A stretch of 64,000 nt of DNA from Phallusia mammillata (taxonomy: Eukaryota), in contig OZ281501.1 of assembly GCA_965637545.1 (NCBI GenBank), forward strand, positions 16,740,001 through 16,804,000, read 5' to 3'. Shown here piece by piece: positions 37,501-52,500 of the stretch (its first letter is position 1; each line of letters opens with the position of its first letter). Made by a program: the position numbers and the translations under genes. The notes below the pieces were generated by a model. That model worked only from the letters and a program-made list of their open reading frames with translations, ran no database searches and was not told the origin of the DNA.

Positions 37501-40500
37501 AATCCACGATGCAGACAGGGCATTCGAGATGTGGACAGCACTCGCCCTCATCTCGTACCCATGTATGTCCGGGTGGTGGCGCTGTGGTGTTACACTTGAC
37601 TGCTTCACACTGGTAAACTGTGCAACAATCCTCGCAGGTGTTGTTGTTCAACGGCGCCTTGTGTGAGGTGAGTGTGGTACAGATTGGACACACAGGTGGC
37701 GAAGGACATAAGTCGGGGTTGCAAGAACAGCCTCCTTCGATGGGACAACCACAGGCATCCTGCTTGGTTGCTGCAATGGTACGTTCAATGTTGAAAAAGT
37801 GAGGAAAATATATTTTTAAAATTACGACGCCATCAGTGAATGTATTATTGTGATGTAATATTTTAAAATCTGACATTTATACACAATTTATCATTGTTTT
37901 CATTGTTGTTTTTATCAAAGAGATCAATTGAAAACATCGTTAGTGATTTTCTTGGGACCTTTTTACAAAAAAACATATCAAAAACGTCATTGTTTTTCTT
38001 CTAAACAATTTTTTTGAGTTAAGTTCGTCCATAGTCAAATAACAGTTATGTCTCTAACCGTTTTGTGGCATTATGTTTAAAAGGAACAGTATACACGGAC
38101 CTAATTTTTTTTATAAATAAGCTATTGCTGCCAGGCATAATATCAAGTTTGTAGAGCTCTTCTGGCAAATGTATTTTTATTCCGACGCTTCGACGTCCTA
38201 TACAGGTCGCCTTCATCAGGGTAAATAGCACTGAATGCGACTAGTACACTGGACTAATTGATTTTGTATTCTATATACACCAGTTCTTTGGCTGTTATGT
38301 TTATGATTAAATGTTTAAACTTAGTTCAACAAATCATTTTGTTTATTAGAACCGTAATGTTTAATTTAAATATATATATACCACATAATGTTTCCTTACT
38401 TTTCCATTTGCATCCAAGGAGATAGGTGCAATTAACATCTGGCTTACAGTGGATCACATCTGGGCACACGCATTGATACTTTAGGCATGTTGTGTTGTTA
38501 ACAGGGATTGCTACCATCGGGGCTTCACACGTAGGTATATAAGGCTCCTTGCATTGGCATATTTCAGTAGGACAACAGTCGTTTTCAGTTCCTCCTAATG
38601 TGACCAGTTCCTCATCAGCGGTACAGTTTGGTTTTGATGGGCATTGGCAACCTGGGAAAGCAGAAAAACACAATAGATTTAAGTGCATTAAAAACATTAA
38701 GTCGTTAGTCCCTAAGATTTTGGGATGTACAGGCGAAATGTTCTTTAGAAACCTAAATCTTTGGACATAAGGTTCATTACAGTTTTCATCCACTAAGTAC
38801 CGAAAAGGATAAATACATTTTCAAGTTTAAGTGCCAGTATTACAATTACAATATGAAATTGATCGGTAAAGCACCATAGCCTTAGTTTAGTTGGCATAAC
38901 ACCAGCCGTAGTGTATTCCAATTCTACCAGGAACTGGTTTTACAAGATACTCTTTGTTGCCCAAACCTGCATCAGAAACGGCAAAATGTTTGGCTCCCAT
39001 TCCCAGGGTTTAACTTTTGCAATTTAAGGACAGAAACTAATTTTCAAATAAACAACGAAGATACTTAACCGCTTCTGTACAACAATTTAACATATACCTT
39101 GTGAAAACACAAACTTATCGAACTAAACAATCACTTACATCGTGGTTCAACGCATTCGCCAGTCATTTGATGTAACACCAAACCGTCTGTACAGAAACAA
39201 CCGCTTGTCGTATCAGTGCTTGTACAAGTGCCGGGAGGTTTGAGATAGTCAAGGCAAGTGGTGGGTTCGTCACACACACTCACGCATGACTTATACACCA
39301 TGGAATTCCCCGTACAAGGAACTGCAAAATAAATAGAGAGTGAGGTTAAAATTTTGCACGGGAAAAACGTCTTGTTTTATATGATGACCAAAACAACAGT
39401 TTCAGTAATGATGATATTATTCCTTACCTGTGCAATTGGCCTTTTCTTTCCAGTTGACGCAAACGTTCTTACTCATACATAATTCCGCGTAAGTATGAAC
39501 TGCGCTCGAATCACACACGTCGCACTGTGAAAGATAAAAGACTTTATTTCTTGCAATGTTTTTGTGCGTTGATTGGGCCAAACAAGTATTTTTAGGCTAT
39601 ATTTTATGGGGGTCTGGCATAACTTTTCAGCCTGTTACTACGAACAAACTGGAGTGCTGTTAAGTGACAATAGCTCATATGGCCAATCTCTTGTACCAGC
39701 TATCATTGAGACCTTATAGGTCAAAACTATGTGCACTGGCTGCAGCTTTTATTGTGTTGTTTTAAAGTTTTCGATACATTTAGATACACAATAAAGAGTT
39801 ATTATAAGTTTAATTTTACCGCCAAAAAGTTTAGCTTTAATCCAGGGCTTTACAAAAAAATTGTATGAAATACTTTTGCAAGCTGAATAATAGTTTCACG
39901 CAAAAATATGCCGAAGTCTTAATTTGTCATCGTCATTCACTTACTCTTCCCCAGGCATAGGCGTCTTCTTTGCAGGCAATCAGATAACTCGTCATGTTAA
40001 TCAATTCTCGACATTCGGCGAATGCTTCAGATGTCAGAATTTCACAGCCATCGTCCACACACTTGTTACAATACGTGGGTAGCGGATCCACTCCCTCTTT
40101 TCTGAAAAGGGACAAAGAAAACCAAACAGTCACATGGATGCAAAATATTACCGAAACAAATGAATAAACCCTCAAAAACCACCATGAATAACAGTTATGA
40201 TGGTAACAGTGTATGCGGAAACAAAACGTCAAGACCAGATACTAAGGGAAAGCATATGTTGTCTAAAAAGCCCTTCAATTATTTAAACGAGTATAGTTAA
40301 AAGCAATGAAATTTGTTTTTTCGGAATATGCAAATATCCGAAACATTGCTTTGTTATTTTATCGATTTTGGTATAGAAATTAAATCTTTGCGACTCACAA
40401 GGATATGCAAATAAACGTTTTCTACTCTCAGTATGCAATAGAACAGAACATTTGATTTACTGCAATCTGTATTTGCTACTCTGGCTTGATTGCTTCATCG

Positions 40501-43500
40501 ATATTAAATCCCATTCGCAAATTAAAGAGTTTGATACCTAACTTTTTATGCTCATTGTCTTTGCGTGTAACCAAATTAACCGCGCTTTTGTCCACATAAT
40601 CTGAACACAAATCATTTTACCTCAGTGTTTCACAATCCTTCCCACATCCAGGATCACGATTTTGATCACAAACGCATTCAGTGTCGTTTTTCTCCACAAG
40701 CCAACTGTCGCCGAAATCATCAGGCTGAATAATTAGGGTTCCGTTCTTGGATTCGAAATCATCTGTCTGATTATTGGAGCACGTACCTAAGTGTACATCG
40801 GACATGTATTTAGTTGGGATATTTAGAAAACGGGTTGCAGTCAGGCAATAAGGAATTAATAAAGAGACACATTTTTGTAGTATTTTATCCTACAGGCTTA
40901 ATAAAGCAAGTTTGTTTAAGAAGTTTCTTTAACCGATCATAGGAAATACATTTGTAGACTTTTTTTTTTTTAAACCGTCTTGTGTGGTCCTTTAGGTCCA
41001 ATCATCAAATAATACAGATCAATGATGTTGACACGCGAAGCCATTACTACTTTGACATATAGTAATTAAACACTCCTTTCATAAGGTTGCCGACTTGTTC
41101 GGCTAACATTGTTTTTCATATTTGAAGACGTAGAAATGGTTATCTTTGTGATCAAATTCATTCGCAAATGACAAGTTTCGAACCCAGGATCTCAAGTCTT
41201 ACTTACCGCACAATCCGACAGTTTTGTTGAACATAGTCGAATAGGGAATGTATATGATTGCCGTAGCAATAGAGGACAGACTGTATTCCACACGAACATG
41301 TAGATGAGGAATTGTAAGTACCACCCGTCCACCATAGTTAACAACCACGATTCCTCCACCCATCGGAAAGAAAGGAAGAACCTCTCTTGAGCCGTTTACG
41401 TAAACCTAAGGTGCACAAACATATAAAACTCATTTTGAAAGTTGAACATGCAACTTTTGTGCATATAGTTCTAATGAAGCGTTGGCTGGAAAACTTTGGT
41501 GGATTGGGGATTTAAACTAGTGATGTACCGAATCGGCGAAATTTCGATTCGGCCGAAACCGAATATTCGGCGGTTTCGCCGAATAAATTCGGCCGAATCA
41601 ACCGAATCATTTATGACGTCACGCGAAGTCGTACGCTACGCGTTTGACATGAAAATTTTTTTTTATCTACCAGGCAATTAGTGCAGAATAGTTGTGTTTC
41701 GTCCTCATTTCAGTTCTGTAGGGTTTAAAATTGCCTCAAGCATGATTGGCAACCTGTCAATGAGTTGCTAATTTTTTTGACAACAGTGGGAAACCGATAA
41801 TGTGTTGAAATGTGTTGAAAAAGATAAAAATTGACGCGATTTTCGTTATGTTTGGGCTTTTAAAAGATTTGCGTGGTACCTTAAGCAGAAAAGACACGTT
41901 TAACGCTTTACATTTATGTTCGTAAAAGATTCGGTTTCGGCCGAATCGCAACAAATTATTCGGCCGAAACCGAATCTTTGCAAAAATGACCGATTCGGCC
42001 GAATAAATCCGGCAAACCGAATATTCGGTACATCTCTAATTTAAACCCACTATTAGAGGCGCTATGTATGTATGCTGCCATTGATCATTTTGTATGACAT
42101 TAGTTAATAGACGTTGCGTACGTGTATAAAATTCCCTAATGCCAAAATGTAAGGTTGTGTGTATGTATTTTAATGTGCATTTTTGCCCTGTTGGCAAATG
42201 TTAATTGGTCAGGTTTTAAAGTTCGTTTAAAAGTTCGTCGTTAGCAGATTAAAATCAGTCCACGAAATTATGTGGTTTATCAAAAAGTTAAGAACTAATC
42301 TACAGAACACAAAACCACAAACTGGTCCAACGTACCATGTAAGTCCTCATGGTCTCATCATACCCCAACTCGACTTCAGTGCCGTCCCAGACTACAAAGA
42401 TTTTCTTCAAACAAGTCAATGTCGAGTTGTCCACCACTGCGCATATTGTGTTGTCGCTAAACAAGCAATTAGGAATTAGCCACAATTGCAAGGATATTTT
42501 AATGTTTTCACCAAAAGGACTTATGATTTTAGACGAAAACCTTTGTTAAGCTACTTACCTGTATATATGAAGGCGGTCTGAATCCCTGTATGTTACCAAT
42601 GTGTAATGGCAAGCACCCATGAATGCGTAAGCAGTGCTATCGAAAGTCACATAATGAGGATCTCCAAAAACGCTACAGACGCCTGTATAAAGTATCGAAG
42701 GCAAATAAAGATGCAATTTAAGTAATAGAAAACAGTTTATATTACAACACCAAACCTCCTTGTCACAAAATATGTTACGGCAAGGTAATATACTGGGTAC
42801 TGTAAACCGTTAAACTTGTACGCAGGTTGTACAAAAAACATATTGTTGTATAAGAATAAAAATGTGTACACTGATGATGGCTTAAACATTTGCCAAAATG
42901 TTTGAATATTATAAAGCGTGTCGCCTTTTACGTCTATTTGAGCCTTTATTTTCGTTATTAAACTTACTAACAGATTCATGCATAGTGTTCAAGCATAAAC
43001 ACTTATCATGCATCGAAAAATTTTGTCCTTAGATTGCATAGAAAGTCATGTGTATGTTTTGTAATTTAGAATTCGACACGACAAGTTTGAATTCTACCTA
43101 ACCAGAAAATCATAAACGGCAAACTCAGCCCACTTACATTGGCACTCGTATGTCGGGCAACAGTGATCAGATGGATTGTGTACCACGGTAGGTTGCCATC
43201 CATTCACACACTTGGGCTTTACAGTGTTCGGACAGTTATCCAATGACACGATATTGCAGCTATCACAGGAACACGAACACTGCTTACGCTGGCAAGCGAC
43301 CTTCCAAATATCACCGTTCTGAAACACGAGATTTAATGTTGTCAGCGCAAAAACAGATACAGTATCAATGTCTATATAAGTGTTCAGTTTCTTTTATGCC
43401 TTTTAGTATATGGTTTTATTTTGAAAGCTTTTTGTTATTGTTACACCTGAGAACAAACGTATCTTCATTTTAAAGCTCATTTTGAAACGTTCAAAAAGAC

Positions 43501-46500
43501 TTAATGATTACGCTATTGAAAAATTAGTTGGCAGTTTTAAGTGATTAAAATTTGCCTGATAAATGTCCTCGCCGTCTGTGCACGTGTTAGCACAGCATTT
43601 CTTCACGTCGCAACACCTTGTACTATGTTCCTTATCATCTGTAAGGATTTCCCCATTGTCACAAATAGGGTCTGTGGGACATTTTGGATAATCGCAATCG
43701 CACCTGGACAAAAACAAAGTTTATTTCCTACACTTTTAAGAAATCTAAATTAAGTTACTGAACATACCCAAAACACAATTATTTTTTTACAACATAAAAC
43801 TTTAGCGGTTATGCTGCCTCTAACAACCAAGACTTCAGGCAAAAATATGAATTCCAAGTTAATTATACCACAAAGCAAATAAAACACAATGTGGCTAACG
43901 ACAATGGTGATCAAAAATTTAAAAGATCTGACACTATGTGTATGGTTTTATATAACGTTTGTACAAGGCACCATACCGGTCTAAACTATCTGTTGTAATA
44001 AGTGTTTTACTCTGACAAAACTGCAGTTAGAGCAAGCCCTAAAATTAGAACCTGGTGTTGGTGCAACAAGCGGAAGTGTTGAAATGAACCAGTTTCTCGT
44101 GTTGAGGGCAATACTCGTACGTGGGGTCCGGACAACTTTCATGTAGATCCCGGTATATTTCCACAGCCGGACAGCGCTCACCCATATCTCGTCGCATGCA
44201 AGTCTAAGATCATTAACATATTGTTAGAGAATGAAAAATAATTTTAAAGTAACATAATCAGTCAATGAATTTATATGGAATATACATGATTTGCCTAACT
44301 GGTTCCTTATTCGAAATTCTATTTTTGACTGATTCTGCAACTTGCATTTCATTTTCAATCTCAGTTATTTATTTTCATTAATGACCATGCTGTCAGTGGA
44401 AAGGGTCTGATATTGTTCAGTATAATCACTCTCATATTGTACTTATGAGTTTTCCTTTTTTGGTGGATTTTAAGCACACGCCGTTGAAAGCTAAAATAAC
44501 AATCTAACTTGTGTAAACAGGATATTTAAAAGCCATACAGGTAGATAAATTTAGAAGAATAAGTCGTTGGTCTTGAATGATCAATAAAAATATTGTTGAT
44601 TTTGTTTATCAAAAAAGGATAGCGACTTGAAACACACAAACTACCCGGCACATTAGAGATGAATTTTGGCATATTATTGAACTTACCATGGTAACACAGA
44701 CAGGGTCGTGGCTTCCTGGCCATGTTTCACCGATTTCACGTAAAGTGCCTTCAGTGTCAGTACAACGAACACATGTACATGTATTATGCGTGCAGCAAGG
44801 ATTGATTTCAATCTACAGAAAGGAAAAAAAGTTGATGTATGTTCAACGAGCACTTCGTTAAGCGCAGAAAGACATTGCTTTGACAAGATAAAACGTGCAA
44901 AAAAATTTGGAATAAATAGCAATTGATATAAAAATTGGAAATCGCTAGCAATTGGAATTGATAGGAATCAACTGATTAAACGAAAATGACTAAAATGAGC
45001 AAATGACCTGTTGACTTTCAAATTTTACGGAAATTCACATATATATGACATCACACTTAGGTGCAGTTATTATTAAGGCGCGAACATTACGAAAATGTGT
45101 TTTTTGAGATAACATTGATATCAAAAAGTATTAAAATGTCATTTCGTGGCGATGTGTGACTTTTTTGAACAAAAGCATTTTGGTACCAACCTTTCCCGGC
45201 TGTTCAATAGGCAAACACGTGGCATTCGGTGGTTGACAGGTGCTATTGTCGCAAACACAGATATGCTCCAAACAGCACGGATCGCTCATTGGATTTAGGA
45301 CCTGATCAAAAAAATAAGACCGTTACCGAAATGTCTAATTCTACCTTGAACCTTTACAGTTTGTTTTAGTATCTTCTGTATATCTGTATATGATAGGACA
45401 CGAAAAAGAAACACATAGGTCCACTGAAGTATATATAACCTATGTGTTGATGCCTTCTAACAGCTGTGTTATACTGCTGAAGTAATCATTGCTGAGTTTT
45501 GTTAGCCTACACTACAGTAGCCCAAGCGAAGGACCGGTTAAGGGGATTGGTGTAGAGTTGTAAGTCGGGTCGGATTCGGGCTTAAATTTAAATAAAACGG
45601 GGTCGATTCGGGCCTGAATTTACACTCGCGCATCATTTTAAAAGCAATTTTGCCAACTTTCGGACTTTTCGTGTTTGGTTTTGAAACAAATTGGGGCTTC
45701 GAACCGGGTTTTAAGATGGATTCGGGACCCACTTTCAACCCCAGTTCGATGGGGGTCCTTTCCAAAAACGCAAACAATGTGAACAATTGTTGAAGTGACA
45801 AAGAATATTTGTGTGTTTCTAAAGGTGATACACCTCTAAAGCCTTTGAAAACTCTTTCCTTGGATATTTTTTGCAACAGAACATTTCTCTTACCTTCTTT
45901 TCCCATTCCTGGCAGTTTACAGGTTCTTGGTTACATGGTTTGGGGACACAAGCATATTTTGGGCAACAAGTGTCATCAGCACATCGGTTATCTGGCACAG
46001 CATAAGAACCCGCAGGTGTCACTTCCAAAACCTCACAGTGGGAACAGTTGGGTTGGACTGGGCAAAGTTGGGTGTTGCAATCTATGTAAAATAAATGCAT
46101 AGAAAATAAGTCCTTCATTAAAAAATTGCGGATAAAATTGTTTGATTACTAAAGAACTTATATTTTTTTACAACTTAAATCTATTGAACTCAGTATTACC
46201 GGTTTGTAAAATAAGTTGCTTTATTATGAAGTGTTTTAATTCAAATAACAGACTGTGTACAAGGTTTGTACGTACGGGTTAAAGTGTGGAAGCGTACATG
46301 GTTACATAATTTAACTGTATTGATTAAAACAAAGTTCAGTTCAAATCAAACTAACGATCTGCTTACAATTTCATGCGTTTAGTTCGTAGGCGTTTTACAA
46401 CTCGTTTTACAAAAAAAATGTCGATTGATATTTTACTACCATTAGATTTTGCAACAATTAATTCAAGAGCCGTTTTTCGCGTTTAACTAGTTTGTGGACA

Positions 46501-49500
46501 TTAAACTGCAGCGTGACAGTGTAGTCTACTAACCGCATGTGCTGTTGATGACGCAACCGCAGTGCGATGACGTAACGGGGGAGCATCCGACGGCAGGACA
46601 GTGGGCTTCGTCTAGGCAGTCGACCGTGGTAAGGTCGGGACATGTACAGTTGTGTGTTACGCAGTGTAAACCGCCGTCATTAAGATAAATCGTATCAACG
46701 GACTCGGGATAAACACATGTTGGTGAATGGGCGGTATCCGGATCATATTCCGGACGACAAACTGAACAAGAAATAACACTTACATAAAAGGTTTGATGAT
46801 AGCTTTAAAATTGTTGTAAACAGTTTTTTCTATACATATTTTAGCCTTTTATTGCACTAGGAAATGATGTAATATAAAAAATGAAATCAATCTCCTTTTT
46901 TCTTAAGAAAAAAAAAACGTTTAGAATCATAAAAAATATTTTATCAAGTACATAGAGCCAATACAAACACTTATTGTGTTTTAGAAAAAATTCTTAACAG
47001 AAAGCACAAACCAAGTTATCAATTCAAAACTTTCGGTTAACCAGCTTCAATTTCGCACGCGGCAACGCGATATTTTTTCGCAACAATATATTCTTGTAAA
47101 CCACAACAAGCATTGTTCTTTGTCACAAAGTTTAACTGGTGTAAAACACTGACCCTAACACTTACCACACTCGATTCCTGGACAGCATTCGCCTGGGTGT
47201 TGTGTCACAATTTGTTTGGCGTAATAAGGGCATTCCACTGTTCCCACTGGAGGGCACTCGACCGCATTTGATTTTACTTTGTAACATCCCATGTCGTCTG
47301 ATACGCATTGCAACACTGTGCAGTTCTCCTCCCATGTGTCACCAGGACTCTGTGGAATCACACACAAGGCTCATATGTGGCTTGTGACTTGTAACATACT
47401 TTTAAAGGTGTAATTGCTTGATGTGGTGTGTCAAATCTGATTAATCCTACAGGTCATGCAAAGCATTTAAAGCCAGTACTTCAGGCCAGGGTACTTCGAC
47501 TTGCCAACTACCACACATAAAATTTTATCGTGTATTGAATTGGTTAGGTTAATGAACACATATGTGTAATCCCAGATGTGGCGATATGTTGGAACTGTTT
47601 TACGGGCTGTGCTGAAATGAAAGGTATTTTTAGAAGTTACCCTGGAAAATCTAATAATGGTGTACCTATTTGGTAACCTACATAAAGCCACAACAAATAA
47701 CACTGAAAATCCCTTCATATTTTAAACTAAAGTACTTAAAATTAAGTTTGTTAAGGGTTTTTTTAGGTTTGTGTCTTACTGTTGTGTCTAAACAGAGTGT
47801 AAAACTAAAGAAGAAAATTGCCTTAGATCCTTTGAAATTGATAAACAGCAACCGTTTATTTCCTGTTTAGGACTGATGATGCATATTTTTTGTGGGCGAA
47901 AGCGATATCTGCAGTGGTTTGTAATAAGAAATACACAGACTGATTTGAATTTGCTGAATTTGTCAGCTACGATGTGTCTGTGCATGGGACTGAAATAGTT
48001 TGTTGAACATCCGCGGATCAGGACGATTTCTGTATTAGCGCATCTTCAAATCGCAACCGTTTGTTTCTTATACAACCTGACATACCTTAAACTCTAAGTT
48101 GTAATAACATCCACTGCAGTTACAACTGTATTCGTCGCAGCAAGGGCCTTTGGTCGTGTGAAGTACTTCATGTGGCGCACAGTTAGGCTCTGGTGGACAA
48201 ATGACGGATTCACACGGGTCCACGCACATACAACAGTTCACACGAATTTCGTAGTCATTGCAAATCGGAGGAGACTGAACGAATGTGAAAATACCAAACG
48301 TTTCTATTACGATCAAGTGCTAACAAAAGTAGTTAAAAACATTTTACACTATTAAACACTAAACGTTATACACAATATGTATTAAAACTTCGGACATTTT
48401 ACACCACAAAATACCCCCAAATAACATTTATGTTGTAAATCTATCTAACAACATGTATTATGACTAACCTGGTCAACAATATGACAAATCAATCCATCAT
48501 TGACGTCACATGTCACGTGGTTTTGCAGGGGGGCGTTATGATCATGGGCGTTTCTGCATTCAATATCTCTCTTCAGGTCGCAGGTGTCGACATAGTCCTC
48601 CACCTTGCCTATAAGTTCGTACTCACCACCCTCTAATGCTGATGGATAGTTGTTATTCATCCAAGGTGACCATGAGCAAACCTCCACTTCACCAGCTGGG
48701 CAACCTAAAATGAGACATTTGTGACTAAAATCTGTAACATAGGTACACAATGCACAGTTCTAAATATTCTAAGCAAAAAGATACAAGCAAGTATTTGAGT
48801 GCAAAAAACATAACAACGTTTCGACAGTTTCCATTGCCATCGTTAGGTGAAATAATACCAACAGAAGGGATGTGTCCCGTAACATGTCATGTAGTTTATA
48901 CATACTGTTGGATTACACTCTTAAGAACATATTTTGATCTGTTGTAGCCTATACATACGTGTGTGTACAATGTCTTACATCGATATCTTGCCAATTAGCT
49001 TATTTTTACTGAGAATTTGCCGTTTTCGTGCATCTAATTGTTTTTTGGTTTGTTTTTTTACCCTGGTAACTTGCACTTTATTGCATCAACATACAAGTTT
49101 ACCTTTTGTATTTGTATCCGGACATTCACACTCGGTTGGAGGGACGCATGTCCGTTTGCTAGGGCTGTACAATAGACCGTCCTTGCACCTGATAAACGGA
49201 CAAACACATTTTATTAATACAGGTGAGAGAAAATTACAGGAAGCTATTACCAAGCAACATAGGTGGCGATAATTCTTTACATAAACTAGTTATCCCCACA
49301 TAGTGTACTAATACATATGCTAAATATGTGGAGGTTAAAAAGTTCCTCTCCACTCATTAAGATTTTTCGTATCCAATGAAAAACAAATCTGTTATGCTTC
49401 CCTCGAGCCATATTGCTGTTTTTTATTAAATATAAGTCGCCAACACGACTCAGACTCCACAATATTTCAAAAAAGACTCCGATTTAACTTTCAAAAGTGT

Positions 49501-52500
49501 GACTCAGGAGTCTTCACTAAACCCTGTTTATGATTTACCATACAAACACACCAGTCAAATCTTTTTATATCTGGGTAAATAAAATGATTCGGTGTGTAAT
49601 GTCTTTTTATGTTGCCACATAAAGTAGAAACCAAAATCTTACTCTGGGTAGCATCCTTCATAGCAGCCCTCTAAACAGTTTGCACAACATATTTTCGGGC
49701 ATGGTGGAGCGCAGGGTTCGTATTTCCACAAACAATCGTCATCAGTGTTGAATGCCTCACACATAACGGCTGAAAGTGGACATAAGAAGTTGTGATGCCA
49801 AAAATGCGAATAATCTCCAATTTTTTTTCAATGATTAAAACATTTTGTTGACAATGATTGCATACAAAAGTATAAGAAAGAGGAAACATTGTTATTTTTG
49901 GAAAATGCTGTATATTTTTTGTGAAACACTGTTTGATTTTAAGAAAAACGGAATCATTATAGGAAACACTGCTTACGGCAAACGTCCTGGTTTCTCCAGT
50001 GTACAGCGATACCAAAAGCTCCACAAGCGAAGGCATAGTCAGCTACACTCGCACAAAAACAATCGCAATCACCGCCAGCGTCGCACGAACACGCTTCTTG
50101 AACGCATTTGTCATAGAAATAAGCAGGAGACAACTGTAGTACAGACAAAGGTTTAAAAGACTTTTTCGTGTTTTTTGTACTAATCAACTAATGGTAGTTT
50201 TGCCATTGTTTTAGACAGTGGCTCTTGGCTTTTTTATGATGATTACCCCTAAGAGTAACGAAAAACATTACTCTTTTGGGGGTTAATACCCAATTGTTAA
50301 CAACACTTACAATGGCAGCAAAGCAGTGTTTTTAGTTTTGCGAAATTGTTGTAATTATGAAACTTTAATTTCATCGTAGAAATTCACCCGTATGTAAACC
50401 ACAAAAATAGTTTGTGTTTTGTTACCAACTACGTATCAATGACCGTTACAAAATCACCTAACAAAAATCACTTTACAAAAATAATCGTCTTTGCAATTGA
50501 TTACCATACCTTGTTATGACAATCCTTGAAGTCATTCAAAATAACAGCGCACTTCTGCTCCACCCAAGCCATCTTGTTTCCGCAATCGATACTCGTCATA
50601 TTGATGACGTCAGGGCACTCTGACCCGATTTTCCAACTGTTCGCGAACTCGACGGGGTCGGTGGTGACGTCATTGGTCTTCTTACGTAGGTCGTTTGACG
50701 CGTCACCATCATTGTCACCGCATAATCCACATGAGGAGATCGCCTGGCAAGAAAAAGTCAGATCGGGTCTGTTAATTTTAATCAAGTAAAAACTAAAAGC
50801 TGAAAGAAATTCGGTCTTATTTAACAAAATCGGTTAGTTTAAAGGTTCATGGACACACAAATTATACTTTGAATTCCTCTTAACGCACACAAGAAAAAAA
50901 AGATAGAAAAAAATTATTTCAACCAATTTGCAAGGCCTTTTTATTCATGAACGACCATTTTCATTCATTTACGACCCTGATGCATTTAAACGCTATATGC
51001 GATTAACCAGATTCGGGTGGTGTACCTATTACAATACATTCCCGTCCTAATTAAATCCAGACTTAAAAAAGTTTGAACTTAAATTTTTGAGATATAAACC
51101 AGACTTGAATTCTTGTCCAATGTAAACAAATGTACAATATTACCTTGAGATCATTTGCAAGTTGTAAGTAAACGGTCGTGGCCTGGTCCCATGTCAGTCT
51201 CAAACCGTTGTCACTGTCCACAATTATGTAGCTACCACGTCGAGATACAGTAACTTGAATAGAATTGAGTTCTGGTACATTGTCTCGGCTTTTGATGATC
51301 GTGTATTGCGTGTCGTTTGTGCCATCAAAGTTAAACTCGTATTTCTGTAAATTACAAACTCGTATTTCAAATCTAAACTGTTGAAACATGAGTTTTTTTT
51401 CTTGCTTCTTTGTCATCTTAGTTTTCAAATAGGTTGTACGTGTACTGTATGTGTTTGGTGAGCCTAACCTGGACACAAAAGTTACCAAAGGATACGATGA
51501 TTTTCGTTACGATACATTAAAAATTTAAATTTATTCAGATCTTAGCACCATTTGACATTCCCTTATTACAAGTTTTGTATAGTAACAGAAATTGAGATGA
51601 GAACATGAAACAGTCAGTTATTTGTCTTTCAATATAAAAGCTTGAAGCCGTCACATTATAAGCAAGCTTTCATATTGAGTTTTGAAGCAGTTGCTTTACT
51701 ATTGTGGATCCAGGTCTTCTTCAGTTTTTTCCCAGTTATGGCATTGAACAGATTAGGTGAGGAATAGCTTTTCAACCTGTTACTCCCAACCGATTGGAGT
51801 GCTGTAAGGTGGCTACACTAGTTACATTGAAGAAACGCTATGGGTCGAAACAGTGTGCATTGACGGCAGCATAGTTGTCAACCTTACAAACAATAAAAAA
51901 GGTTCACTTACCCCAATCACAACATGAACCGTTGTCAAGCACATAGCCTGGTTGGAACCAGGACAGTCATGGCTTTTAATTGACACTCTGTACACGTAAT
52001 CGGTGGCAGTGACATCTGACAAACTGCCGTGACAGCTGTCAGTGGCAAGTAGGTAGTCACAATCGCCGTTGAACGTGTACTGCTTGTCATCAAACGTGTG
52101 GTAGAACCTGCCACCTGTCAGCTTACATTCATCGTAACAACGTGCGTTGTTGGTCACCCATTGTGAAGCAGGTCCACATGTCCTAGTAAATATTGCAGAG
52201 TATTGGTTAGGTTAGGTAATAAATAGGAAAATAGATGTGTGGTAGTATTTTTTGTTATATTTGAATGAGTATGTTTCGGTGCTTAAAGTAAACGATGCAT
52301 TTTTTTCCGTTTTGCCAAACAAAATTCCATAATATTTGAGTAAGTACGTTTCGATGCTCAAGGAAAAAGATGTATTGTTCCTTTTTTGACAATTATGCCT
52401 TTCATTTTATACATTACAACTTTAAATAACTATATGGCCTACATTTTTCGGCACGCTTCAGTGATTACAGTTCCTTGTGGATAATCGACGCCGTCTAACA

